Source: a virus
Lineage: Duplodnaviria > Caudoviricetes
Length of the DNA: 64,000 nt
IMG/VR virus record: IMGVR_UViG_2526164702_000004
Location: 1-64,000 of that record
Strand: one strand, 5' to 3'
The position numbers were made by a program, and so were the translations under genes. Below, in pieces: positions 28,579 to 37,731 of this stretch. Each line of letters begins with the position of its first letter. Position 1 is the first letter of the stretch. A model generated the notes under the pieces. That model made no database searches, had not been told where the DNA came from, and worked only from the letters and a program-made list of their open reading frames with translations.

Positions 28579-29099
28579 TCGTTACTTGATATATGCTCTA
28601 TCAGTTTCTCTTCTAATAAAGATTCCAATCCTGATAGTATTTTTTTTCTCGAGGATTCAGCTTCCGCTTCTATCTTATTTTTAAATAAATATTTAGAGTT
28701 GGTAAGATAAGATAAAACTTGCTGGACTTCCTTTGGGTGTAGTTTTCCTTTTCTTTTCTTTAATTCAGAAATCCAGTCGTTAAACACAGAATAAAGATCA
28801 GATGCGATTGTATCCGCATTTATGCGCATCGCTTCTATTCTTTGTCCCGCTTCTTTTTCGTATGCACTTCGAAAGTTTATACCAACAGGCTCATCCGAAT
28901 AGAGCCAACGTTTTACCGTAGATTCGGATACTGCAATTTGCCTTGCAGTATCCTTAATAGTAGCACCGTCCAAAAGCAAAAAAATAGCTTGGAACTGTTC
29001 AAAATTTATATTCTTGTGCGGATTATCGTAAGGTAGCTCAAAAGTTGCCCTTTTAGGTGATTTTCGATTTTGTCCTGTTTTGGCTCGTTTTGTCTTCAC
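28575..29099 (-). CDS. terS: terminase small subunit (HTH)
   Basis: HTH TIKDTARQIAVSESTVKRW; overlaps the terL start. Confidence 0.7.
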   Translation of the reverse strand: MKTKRAKTGQNRKSPKRATFELPYDNPHKNINFEQFQAIFLLLDGATIKDTARQIAVSESTVKRWLYSDEPVGINFRSAYEKEAGQRIEAMRINADTIASDLYSVFNDWISELKKRKGKLHPKEVQQVLSYLTNSKYLFKNKIEAEAESSRKKILSGLESLLEEKLIEHISSNE

Positions 29100-29106
29100 A
29101 AGCTCG

Positions 29107-29137
29107 TGACAAAAAGTTCGAAAATTCTTAATGTCAA
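29107..29137 (-). promoter_or_regulatory. putative late promoter TTGACA-N19-TTGTCA
   Basis: Conserved geometry; 7 nt before the terS GTG. Confidence 0.65.
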
Positions 29138-29248
29138 CTTTTTCTTTTTTGTTTATAAATCTTTATACACATTTTTTAAGACTTCTACCTGACTTTATTT
29201 TCTTGTCTGAGAAAATAAAACGTAATCAAATTTTAAGCAAGCATACGA

Positions 29249-30034
29249 TTATATATGTCGAACAGTTTTATTTTTAACTGCTTTTGCAAACGCTTCGAAT
29301 TCCTTTCGATTCATAACTTTATTTTTAGGATCAAGCACATCTTTTAAAATAAGATCCACTTCTTTTTGCGCCATGTTCAACGTATCTAATGCTTTGTTAT
29401 AGGCTTTTGCTCTTTTTTCGGCAAAACTAAATTCGCTTGAGGCAAGCAGAGGGTATTCAGGCTTATTTTTTTGCTTTTGCCAACCCTCTCGTTCAATTGC
29501 GGCCTCTATATATCTATAAGCAGTGGCTTTTGAAACTGCAAAAATTTTAGATATTTCGTCCGCTAAGGGAGTTTCTTTTTTTTGTCCTAATCGCGGTGCC
29601 CCAGCCATATTTTTTAAAAAGCGCTCCTTGGGATATTCTTTGACTATAATATCAATAATTTCAGATTCTTCCCAATTTTTGCGATCTTTGTTTGTCCCGT
29701 AAACTTCGCGCATTAGTGAGTCGTGACTACTATCGTTGATAAGAGTGCGCGCACGAATATTTTTATATTTTTTTAATCCTCGTTTAACAAGCGCACGTGC
29801 TGCCATAAATCTACGTTCGCCCGAATAGATAAGATATTTTTTTGTTCCATCTTCTTGTTTATATTTTTGGCTACTAATTGTAATCGGATTTATTTGGCCA
29901 AAAATCTCCATATCATTCGCAAGGACCCCAGTCTCTTCTGCTGGAATTTTACGCTGTCCTACGTGAGTCTTGTAAGGCACAATCTCGTCTATACTTATTT
30001 CAAAATCGTCACTGTATCTCTGCATGATCGGCAA
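29249..30034 (-). CDS. ParB/Srx-like N-terminal domain protein
   Basis: GQINPITI...YLIYSGERRFMAAR ParB box. Confidence 0.8.
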   Translation of the reverse strand: MPIMQRYSDDFEISIDEIVPYKTHVGQRKIPAEETGVLANDMEIFGQINPITISSQKYKQEDGTKKYLIYSGERRFMAARALVKRGLKKYKNIRARTLINDSSHDSLMREVYGTNKDRKNWEESEIIDIIVKEYPKERFLKNMAGAPRLGQKKETPLADEISKIFAVSKATAYRYIEAAIEREGWQKQKNKPEYPLLASSEFSFAEKRAKAYNKALDTLNMAQKEVDLILKDVLDPKNKVMNRKEFEAFAKAVKNKTVRHI

Positions 30035-30289
30035 AATAAATCGAACGCTCTCATGCTCAACTAAAAGTTTTTTAACTTTTGGTGCAAAAAGGTTTTTTAA
30101 AGGGCATGGATACTATACAGGGAATAGAGTTGGGCTTAACTCAATTAAATAAAAAAACAAAATTAGAAGAAATAGCTTCTATGAGCTGGTGGCGAAAAAA
30201 AGGATGGGAAGATAAAAAAGGTTCCGGCTGAACTTTTGCTTAACTGATGCATAGTTAATTTTTTTTGATGCGCGAGTATTTTTTGTTTG

Positions 30290-30318
30290 ACAAACGCTAT
30301 CAAATTGATAGCGTTTGT
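30290..30318. promoter_or_regulatory. HigBA operator overlapping TTGACA promoter
   Basis: Perfect ACAAACGCTATCAA-A-TTGATAGCGTTTGT inverted repeat; TTGACA at 30287. Confidence 0.75.
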
Positions 30319-30602
30319 ACATGATCGTTCAGTTCAGGGACAAGCGAGACAAATTAATTTACGAGGGAGGGTCGGACAAACGTTTCCAGCCTGGCGCCTG
30401 CCGAAAGATCACCGAGAAACTCAGAGAGATCGACGCGGCGCACGAAATTGACGACTTAAAATTTCCGCCTTCAAATAAATTGCATCCACTACAAAATAAT
30501 CGGATCGGACAGCATGCGATTTGGGTTAACGGTCCGATCCGAATTTGTTTCCGTTGGAACGACGGGAATGTTATAATTGAATTTATAGGCGATTATCATT
30601 AG
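30315..30602 (+). CDS. higB: HigB/RelE-family toxin
   Basis: DLKFPPSNKLHPL...GQHAIWVNGPIRICFRW; toxin-first order. Confidence 0.9.
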   Translation: MYMIVQFRDKRDKLIYEGGSDKRFQPGACRKITEKLREIDAAHEIDDLKFPPSNKLHPLQNNRIGQHAIWVNGPIRICFRWNDGNVIIEFIGDYH

Positions 30603-30614
30603 GAGGGAACTAAC

Positions 30615-30908
30615 GTGAGCAAAAAATACAATCCACACCCAGGTTTAATATTGAAAAACTATCTCGACGAGATTGAGGTATCTCAATATAGACTTGCAAT
30701 TGAGACGGGAATTCCACGATCAAATTTGAGTAACCTGGTTTTGGGCAAACGATCTATTACCCCAGAAATCGCATTGCGTTTGGGGAAATTTTTCGGACAA
30801 ACCGCAAAATTTTGGCTCAACTTACAAAACACGTACGATCTCTTTGAGGCGCAAAACGATCACGGCAAAGAAATCGAAAAGATCAGAAAATACAACGAGG
30901 CCGTGTAG
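30615..30908 (+). CDS. higA: HigA antitoxin
   Basis: PHPGLILK; HTH; SITPEIALRLGKFFG...FWLNLQ. Confidence 0.92.
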   Translation: MSKKYNPHPGLILKNYLDEIEVSQYRLAIETGIPRSNLSNLVLGKRSITPEIALRLGKFFGQTAKFWLNLQNTYDLFEAQNDHGKEIEKIRKYNEAV

Positions 30909-30991
30909 GCTCCCCACAAAGCAGGAAGACAAGGGATCACATGCAATATACAAAAAAGGAACTAAAGCTAAAAACAGCAGGATTAAAATGA
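30909..30991 (+). pseudogene. hicA: hicA toxin remnant
   Basis: KGSHAIY in one frame and LKTAGLK* in another, ending in an ATGA overlap with hicB; most of the gene is deleted. Confidence 0.7.
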
Positions 30992-31245
30992 TGATCAGTT
31001 ACCCAGCGATTTTAACAGAAGATAAAAACGAAGGAGGTTATACGGTCGAGTTTCCGGATTTACCTGGTTGTATCACCGAGGGTGATACGCTGGAAGAGAC
31101 TTTGGCATTTGCCAAAGATGCACTATCGCTATATCTCGAATCAATCGATTCGAGAAAAATCAAGATTCCTCGGCCGTCGGAAAGAAAAGGCAAAAACGTT
31201 TTTCAGATCAGACCAGAAAGAAAATCGGGTTTGCGATTTAGCTAA
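30988..31245 (+). CDS. hicB: HicB-family antitoxin (N-terminal domain only)
   Basis: YPAIL...GYTVEFPDLPGCITEGDTLEE; start moved from 30844 to ATG 30988. Confidence 0.85.
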   Translation: MMISYPAILTEDKNEGGYTVEFPDLPGCITEGDTLEETLAFAKDALSLYLESIDSRKIKIPRPSERKGKNVFQIRPERKSGLRFS

Positions 31246-31297
31246 AATTTATTCGGAAGGGAAATTTTAAAACCATGAGAGAGAAGACGGTAGCGAT

Positions 31298-31648
31298 ATG
31301 AAAAATAAATTGGATAAAGACCTAGAGTCAAAAATCGAATCATCTAAATCCGTTAGCAAAAAAAGAAAAGAGGAAATTTATAGATTATTTGAGGCAATTA
31401 AGAACAGCGATTCCGTGCCATTCCGTGAAAGCGAGTTTTGGAAAAAACATGGGCATCTCGCAACACCTGGGACGCACATGCGAACTTATCGTGAAATGGC
31501 TGGTTGGTCACAAACCGAGTTAGGGCAAAAACTTGGCATAGCCCGATCCCAAATATCAGAATACGAATCCGGAAAGAGGTCTATAGATAAAGACGTTGCT
31601 AAAAAACTGGCGAAGCTTTTTAAAACACTGGTTGAAATATTTATCTGA
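31298..31648 (+). CDS. XRE-family HTH protein
   Basis: REMAGWSQTELGQKLGIARSQISEYESGKRSI. Confidence 0.85.
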   Translation: MKNKLDKDLESKIESSKSVSKKRKEEIYRLFEAIKNSDSVPFRESEFWKKHGHLATPGTHMRTYREMAGWSQTELGQKLGIARSQISEYESGKRSIDKDVAKKLAKLFKTLVEIFI

Positions 31649-31713
31649 TTAAACGATATAAAATATAGTTTATCGATTGACAAATCGTAAGACGGAAGTA
31701 CGATCGATAAGCT

Positions 31714-31920
31714 ATGAACAAAGTAATTATTTCGCCTAAATATCAAATCGTTATCCCAAAAGAAATCCGTGAAAAAACGGGATTAAAAGTAGGCGGACAT
31801 CTCGAAATCATACATTACGGAAATCGCATAGAGTTGATACCTATCGAACCCATTAAAAAACTAAAAGGATTTTTAAAGGGAATGGATACTAAAATCGAAC
31901 GAGAAGGCGATCGAGTTTGA
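31714..31920 (+). CDS. vapB: AbrB/MazE-type antitoxin (VapB)
   Basis: KYQIVIPKEIREKTGL motif. Confidence 0.88.
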   Translation: MNKVIISPKYQIVIPKEIREKTGLKVGGHLEIIHYGNRIELIPIEPIKKLKGFLKGMDTKIEREGDRV

Positions 31921-32291
31921 ACGTTGTAGATTCTTCTGGCTGGTTGGAATATTTTGCTGAAACAAAAAGAGCAGAATATTTTGCGGGAGCAATAGAAAAG
32001 ACAGAATCCTTATTAGTCCCAGTAATAACTCTGTACGAAGTTTTTAAAAAAATACTTTTGGAACGAGGAGAAGACAACGCACTCAGGGCAATTGCCCATA
32101 TGCAGCAAAATAAAGTTGTGGGATTAGATGCGTCTTTAGCAATAACAGCCGCAAAGTTAAGTTGTGATCACAAAATGCCCATGGCGGATAGTATTATCTT
32201 AGCAACAGCACGTCAATACAACGCTATCCTATGGACTCAAGATGATGATTTTAAGGGATTGCATGGAGTTAATTTTTTTCCAAAAAAATAA
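31917..32291 (+). CDS. vapC: PIN-domain toxin VapC
   Basis: VVDSSGW, LYEV, MADSIILATA and TQDDDF. Confidence 0.9.
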   Translation: MNVVDSSGWLEYFAETKRAEYFAGAIEKTESLLVPVITLYEVFKKILLERGEDNALRAIAHMQQNKVVGLDASLAITAAKLSCDHKMPMADSIILATARQYNAILWTQDDDFKGLHGVNFFPKK

Positions 32292-32296
32292 AGGAA

Positions 32297-32530
32297 TTGA
32301 TCAACATGGAACATTCTAAAGTTGAACCTATCGATCAAGTCGAAAGCACTGTGGCCGAGTGCCGGAAAATTTTAATCGAGTATATTAGATCCTCGGGAAC
32401 CTTGAGACAGATCGAAAAGTGGACTAAAAAATCTAATGGAAATATAGCCAACTATCTTAACGACAAGAAAAAAGTCCACGTTGAGACATTAATCAAGATT
32501 GCCAAACAGATCAGAGACAACAAAGAATAA
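32297..32530 (+). CDS. small HTH protein, distant relative of the 46.7-50.6 kb array
   Basis: LIEYIR and VETLIKIAKQI match array motifs. Confidence 0.6.
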   Translation: MINMEHSKVEPIDQVESTVAECRKILIEYIRSSGTLRQIEKWTKKSNGNIANYLNDKKKVHVETLIKIAKQIRDNKE

Positions 32531-32707
32531 ACAAATGTTCACTAATGAGACCAAATGACGATTATCGGAAGTTACTTATTTCCTCATTTAAAAATATACT
32601 CCAAACTTTTTCCCCCTGGCTTAGAGTGTTTTCAAATGACTAAATATTAGTCTATATAGACTAAAAAGTAGTTGATAACAAAAGAATGATATAATATACT
32701 TAAGAGC

Positions 32708-33052
32708 ATGGTCCTTGATGGCATCTTCGGAAACGGAACGGCTTCCAGAGTTCTATTACACGTTTATCATTATAACGAAATTCACTCTTCGGCCATTGCA
32801 AAAGACTATAATGTGGCCGTGACTCCGATTAGGCTTCAACTTGAACGATTTGAAAAATCGGGAATACTTGTCGCTAAGCAGATTGGTCGATCTCGTGTTT
32901 TTTCTTTTAATCAAAAGTCCCCTTTCGTCAAGCCACTCAAAGAAATATTGTCTATCTTTTATAATTCTTTGAGCATCGAAGAAAAGGAATCTATATTCTC
33001 AACAAGACGAAGACCCAGAGAAAAAGGAAAGCCAGTGTATGCAAGAACCTGA
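32708..33052 (+). CDS. winged-helix antitoxin-like regulator
   Basis: wHTH pattern; overlaps the nucleotidyltransferase gene. Confidence 0.7.
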   Translation: MVLDGIFGNGTASRVLLHVYHYNEIHSSAIAKDYNVAVTPIRLQLERFEKSGILVAKQIGRSRVFSFNQKSPFVKPLKEILSIFYNSLSIEEKESIFSTRRRPREKGKPVYART

Positions 33053-33599
33053 TTGGAAAACAGTTAACGAAGAGAATCTGTGGAAATTCGTTGGTTGGCA
33101 TTTAGCCAGCAAAGGAATTCATTCTGTTTTGGTCGGTGGGGCTGTCGTTTCAATTTATTCAAAGGGTGCCTACCGTTCCGGCGATTTAGATTTAGTCGAG
33201 CCACTTATTTCAAAAGCATCGGAAATTAAGTCGGTAATGGAAACAATCGGATTTCGAAAAGTTAGTCGTCATTACGTTCATCCAAAATGCAAGCATCTAT
33301 TCATCGAATTTGTATCAGGCCCTGTTTCGATCGGAGAAGATTATAAAATCATACCGGATGAAAAAGAATTCAATGGAAAAATCTTAAAGATATTTTCGCC
33401 TACTGACTGCATACGGGATCGACTTGCATCCTATATTTATTTCTCGTCGCGTGAATGTTTGGACCAGGCTTTGTTAGTAGCCAAAAGCCAACATTTTAAT
33501 TTACAACGCGTCAAAGAATGGTGTTCTCAAGAAGGTGCATCCGGTCAAAGGGCATTCGAAGAATTTTATAGTTTATATCTAAACAGTAGAAATAAATAA
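33039..33599 (+). CDS. nucleotidyltransferase-fold protein (type IV TA / AbiE-like toxin)
   Basis: VLVGGAVV...SGDLDLV motif. Confidence 0.65.
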   Translation: MQEPDWKTVNEENLWKFVGWHLASKGIHSVLVGGAVVSIYSKGAYRSGDLDLVEPLISKASEIKSVMETIGFRKVSRHYVHPKCKHLFIEFVSGPVSIGEDYKIIPDEKEFNGKILKIFSPTDCIRDRLASYIYFSSRECLDQALLVAKSQHFNLQRVKEWCSQEGASGQRAFEEFYSLYLNSRNK

Positions 33600-33627
33600 A
33601 TTCGACTGTTCCCTTGTCCTCCGAGCC

Positions 33628-34032
33628 TTAAACTACTGTCAAAGTTTTTTGCTTCGAGAGTATATAACCGAAGAGGGACCTTCTGAAAGTTTTGTCCAAT
33701 AATAAGATTTCCTTTCCGGCCTTTTTAAGAAAATCACGATCGCATTCAGACAAAATAATCTTACCATTCTGCTCTCTCTGAATCTGTTGAGTTTTCTCCT
33801 GTACGGTGCTTATAATAGCACTCAATTCCGTTGCATGGATCTGGTCGAAAGAATAGATTATTTTTTCGAACTCATCTGGACTTGACAGATTCATAATGTA
33901 CTCGATTAGACCGCGCTTATATATGGAGATCCAGAACGACCAAACGACATCGGTCACACTGGGGTTTTCGAATTTTGTTTTGGTTGTTGTTTGCATATTA
34001 GGCCGCCCTACCCTGCTCCGTTTTTTCCACAA
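33628..34032 (-). CDS. hypothetical protein downstream of rep
   Basis: ORF coupled to rep. Confidence 0.45.
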   Translation of the reverse strand: MWKKRSRVGRPNMQTTTKTKFENPSVTDVVWSFWISIYKRGLIEYIMNLSSPDEFEKIIYSFDQIHATELSAIISTVQEKTQQIQREQNGKIILSECDRDFLKKAGKEILLLDKTFRRSLFGYILSKQKTLTVV

Positions 34033-34747
34033 ATTTTACTGAAATTGGTCTTTTAACCTCTTCAGTAAAATATTTTAGGATAATCATAGATAGAGAATTT
34101 GTAACTGGTTCGAGTAACCTCAATTCGCTTACCTTGAAATCTATTTTAAGGTTTTTTAAAACATCATTACTTGATCTTGTAAGTCGTTCTTCTGCCCAGT
34201 CGAGGAATCCGTTCCACGTCGGTTCAGATTTGATTTTTTCAGCACTTACGTTTAATGTTTTTTTACTCTCCTCTTTAGTACGTACAGCCACGGAACGATT
34301 GTCCCAAGCTGCCCTACCCTGTTGTATCCCTCTGTCCTGACCATTTGTCCTAGGCTGACTAGGGTTATTGGCTAAGGCTGTCTTAGATATTTTATACTGT
34401 ACGCGCTCCATCACAACCGCGTCGTGTAGTGTGGACCGGATTACTCTGACACGACCGTCGAAAGACACTTGTTCGATGTAGCCAGCCTTACGTAATCGTG
34501 ATATATATTTTGCAATTGTTGTCGCAGCCATACCTAGACAAGTTGCTAGATATTCGTTGCCTGCATAACAGCCGTTCCTTCCTTCACATCGGCCTGCAAT
34601 ATCTAGTAACGTGATTTTTGCGAGGAGGTCTCTAAGTCCTCGTGAGAGTTTAGTATTGATTACGGCACGAGGTATAAACTCGCCTACGTAGTTTTCTTCC
34701 ACGTTCTTTTCCTTTTTCACGGTGCGGACATAAATCGGGTGACGCAC
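33998..34747 (-). CDS. rep: plasmid replication initiator (HTH Rep)
   Basis: CYAGNEYLATCLG..TTIAKYISRL wHTH; follows parAB. Confidence 0.7.
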   Translation of the reverse strand: MRHPIYVRTVKKEKNVEENYVGEFIPRAVINTKLSRGLRDLLAKITLLDIAGRCEGRNGCYAGNEYLATCLGMAATTIAKYISRLRKAGYIEQVSFDGRVRVIRSTLHDAVVMERVQYKISKTALANNPSQPRTNGQDRGIQQGRAAWDNRSVAVRTKEESKKTLNVSAEKIKSEPTWNGFLDWAEERLTRSSNDVLKNLKIDFKVSELRLLEPVTNSLSMIILKYFTEEVKRPISVKFVEKTEQGRAA

Positions 34748-35091
34748 GGCAAAAGAGTTTTTTACCCTACTCTACTGTCGGGACGCATGGGACTAGCGTG
34801 GAGCCTGTTCGGATGGTCCTCGATTCTTTGCTTTCGGCCAATAAGTTAGAGCGGCCAAATCTTAGTTATGTCGCCTAAGAATATTAGGACTAGAATCAGG
34901 TACTAAATAAATGTCAAGCTAAAAAGAGACATAATTTTATTATGGGGTTTTTGGGTAGAATGCCCTTGGGGGCTCTAACCTCCCCTCGGGCACATAGCAA
35001 AGAATCTCGGATGAGATAATCTAATCTAAAACAGGCGTACGGTTTTGGGTACCATTTTTTGAATTTGGGAAAGAAAAAGTTTTAACAATTA

Positions 35092-35115
35092 AAATTTGAC
35101 ACGCGTGTCAAATTT
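35092..35115. promoter_or_regulatory. perfect 24-bp palindrome, candidate parS
   Basis: AAATTTGACACG-CGTGTCAAATTT overlapping the parB-like stop; half-site at 39585-39595. Confidence 0.5.
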
Positions 35116-35740
35116 GACCTGAGAAGAGTTTTATTTCTTCGTCCATTGATTGTAACTCGAGACTGAATTTTGCCTCTTTTTCTTTCCTGATTGCGGTTAA
35201 ATAATCGAGAACGAATTCCGCTTCTTTTTTGGATATTTTCTCACCTGCGTGCTTTCTTTGTCTGATTGATTCAGCTTTTAATTTTCGCGCTTTCGGAGAA
35301 TCTTCGTTAAGGGTTTTTGTTGCCTTCGCGATTTCCCGTTTTTCTTTTAAGGCGACGAGGATTTTCCGCTGAGAAATTTGTCCAAGAGAAAGAACGTATT
35401 CTTCGTCTTCGGCGTATTCGATATATCTATAGCCCATGCGAATGGTAAACGAATGATCTCGACCAGAATTTGGACCGATATATTTTTCGAACCACTTTAA
35501 GAATTTTCCGTGCGGCATGGAGTCGCGTTGGGTTTTGAGCATCTTGCCGATAGAGATGTACGATCTAATTGCGTTTCTTACTTGGTTGTCAGCAGTTTCA
35601 GCGAGTGTTAATATCTTCTCAGCGATGGGATCAGTGATTACGAGAGAATTGTTTTGGACAACAACTTCCTCGCTCCCCGCATGTTCTTCTCCCATCGCCC
35701 GTTCTATTCGCTCTTGTCGGCTGAGTTTCTTTTCCGTCAT
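35108..35740 (-). CDS. ParB-like/DUF3102-type centromere-binding partner
   Basis: IGKMLKTQRDSMPHGKFLKWFEK resembles DUF3102; directly after parA. Confidence 0.65.
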   Translation of the reverse strand: MTEKKLSRQERIERAMGEEHAGSEEVVVQNNSLVITDPIAEKILTLAETADNQVRNAIRSYISIGKMLKTQRDSMPHGKFLKWFEKYIGPNSGRDHSFTIRMGYRYIEYAEDEEYVLSLGQISQRKILVALKEKREIAKATKTLNEDSPKARKLKAESIRQRKHAGEKISKKEAEFVLDYLTAIRKEKEAKFSLELQSMDEEIKLFSGQI

Positions 35741-36570
35741 CCAACAACACTCCTGAGAATTTCATTGGCGAGGTCTATGAAGAGGCTAAAGCTTTTGTCT
35801 TTAGTTGATATGGGTTCCTTCGCGTTTTTGGCATTTAGGAAAGCACGGCTCTTGTGGATTACCGTTTTAGTTGTTTCCAAATTTTTTTTTTGAATTTGTC
35901 GTAACATGAACTCTTCTTTGGCTGGCGATATATTACTACGGACGACTCTGAGTTTTGGGCGAAATTGCGGGTCTTTGGTTTGATAGAATTTAAGTATTCT
36001 CGAAATGCCAGCTAACCCCTGAGTGTCTTCTCCAACCGGTGCGAGTATCATGTCTGAATTATATAGCGCAAATTCCGTAATTGAGTTTATCAACGGACTG
36101 AGATCCATGATTACGAAATCGTAATCTAGGTTTTTGATTTCTTCTGAAAGCATTATAGCAAGACCCGGGTCGCTGTTAAACATTCCGATCGCACCTTCTA
36201 CAAGTCCGACAGTAGGAAGAACGTCGAAACCATGAGGTGATCCTTTCCATATCGCCTCCTTTATAGTGTGAGCACCAGAAAGAACTGTGTACCAGTTCCG
36301 TTTTTTTAAATTTGAATAATCGGTATGATAAGAAAGTGTCACATCCGTTGCATTGTTATTCTCCTCTAAGTCCATTAGGAGAACTGATTTTCCAAGAAAG
36401 ACAAGAGCTTGTCCGAGTCCCATCGCGTCTGTTGTTTTTCCAACGCCACCTTTATGGGCAACGAAACACAAAACAAAAGGTTTTTTTGTGAGAAGGTTTT
36501 TTTTCATTTCGTAAAAAAAATAAAAAATACTTTGATGCTGCAAAGCAATAATTTTGTTACAGGACCTCAA
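35737..36570 (-). CDS. parA: ParA ATPase (true start probably at MKKNLL)
   Basis: KGGVGKTT deviant Walker A; YDFVIMDLSP. Confidence 0.92.
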   Translation of the reverse strand: MRSCNKIIALQHQSIFYFFYEMKKNLLTKKPFVLCFVAHKGGVGKTTDAMGLGQALVFLGKSVLLMDLEENNNATDVTLSYHTDYSNLKKRNWYTVLSGAHTIKEAIWKGSPHGFDVLPTVGLVEGAIGMFNSDPGLAIMLSEEIKNLDYDFVIMDLSPLINSITEFALYNSDMILAPVGEDTQGLAGISRILKFYQTKDPQFRPKLRVVRSNISPAKEEFMLRQIQKKNLETTKTVIHKSRAFLNAKNAKEPISTKDKSFSLFIDLANEILRSVVG

Positions 36571-36938
36571 AAAACGGGCCTATTTTGTTAGAGATTTCCG
36601 GAAAAAATTTTGGGGTATCATACCAAGCTGCCGAAATACGGTGCGATAACATAAATAGGGAGATGAAAGATCCAAGAAAAAAGCCCAGATTTTTGAAATC
36701 TTAGGCTCTCAAGATTTGTTTTGATACCAGCTTAGGAGCTGGCTGGGCTTCTGTGAAGTAGTTTTTTTGGAATACCTGACATTATGGGTGCCACCCTTTG
36801 ATAAAAAGATTATCGTACGGCGCTGTAAAATAGCAAAGCACCTTTTTTCTAATATTCTAAAAAAATTAATTTCTGGAGCTTTTTTACTGGATTTTCTGGA
36901 GAATTTTCCGTTCTTAAATAAGCCAAGAAGACAAAAAA

Positions 36939-37151
36939 ATGAAAACCGCTACAATCGAGATCAAAGAATCCTATAAATCCCAAAGACTCCCAGTTTACGC
37001 AAAGGACAGAGACGGAAGACAATTGCCGACTCATATCAACCTCAATCAACACGGAGAGGTTTTTGCCTCGCATGCCGAAAAGGTCGGTTATTGTGGAATG
37101 GAAAGAGCCGACTTGCTACAGAGGGATTGGACGAAGAAGAATAAAATCTAA
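36939..37151 (+). CDS. hypothetical protein
   Basis: 70-aa ORF. Confidence 0.4.
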   Translation: MKTATIEIKESYKSQRLPVYAKDRDGRQLPTHINLNQHGEVFASHAEKVGYCGMERADLLQRDWTKKNKI

Positions 37152-37506
37152 TCCAAACACTGGCCCAAACTTAGGGTCGGTTATTAAAATGATCACTCAT
37201 ACAATGATAACAACACAAGAGGCAAAGCTTGAGAAGTTTTGCCTTACGTATATTAATCAAGCTTGCGAAAAATTTGGAAAACAATCGTTGTCCCAACAAA
37301 TTGCAAGTGAACCGTTTATCCAAAAACACGGTAGTGGTGACCAATACTTGGATATTATGCTCGGACGGTATTACGAGTCCAAGCGGCACAGAAAATCTAA
37401 TATCGATAAATTGCTAGAGATTTGTGGGCGTATATCTAAGTTAGACAATACGCCTTTAACCGGTAATATGTCTCATTCCTACCACACCAAAGACAAAACA
37501 AACTGA
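37063..37506 (+). CDS. hypothetical protein (start probably near 37189)
   Basis: ORF; C-terminal half is protein-like. Confidence 0.35.
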   Translation: MPRMPKRSVIVEWKEPTCYRGIGRRRIKSNPNTGPNLGSVIKMITHTMITTQEAKLEKFCLTYINQACEKFGKQSLSQQIASEPFIQKHGSGDQYLDIMLGRYYESKRHRKSNIDKLLEICGRISKLDNTPLTGNMSHSYHTKDKTN

Positions 37507-37731
37507 GTAAATTACTGTTTACAGGCCGTTATCAATTTGATAAATTGCGTAGTGTTTGTTGGTATCAACTTTTATAAACAAAATTGTTGTAATGGACTTA
37601 CCGATACAGGCGATAAATAGAGAGAGTACCGTCTAAATTAATGGGGTAGGGGGATTGCTTCCGAAACAAACATTGGCAGTTCCGTTATTTTTTAGCCTTC
37701 GTAAAAAAATATATACTGGTAAACTTGAATA

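Noticed and set aside
30844-30987. N-terminal extension of HicB in the ORF track
   Set aside because: It reads through the higA end and the hicA remnant; the real start is the ATGA overlap at 30988
34300-34400. GGACA-type repeats within rep as iterons
   Set aside because: Short and irregularly spaced; not distinguishable from chance
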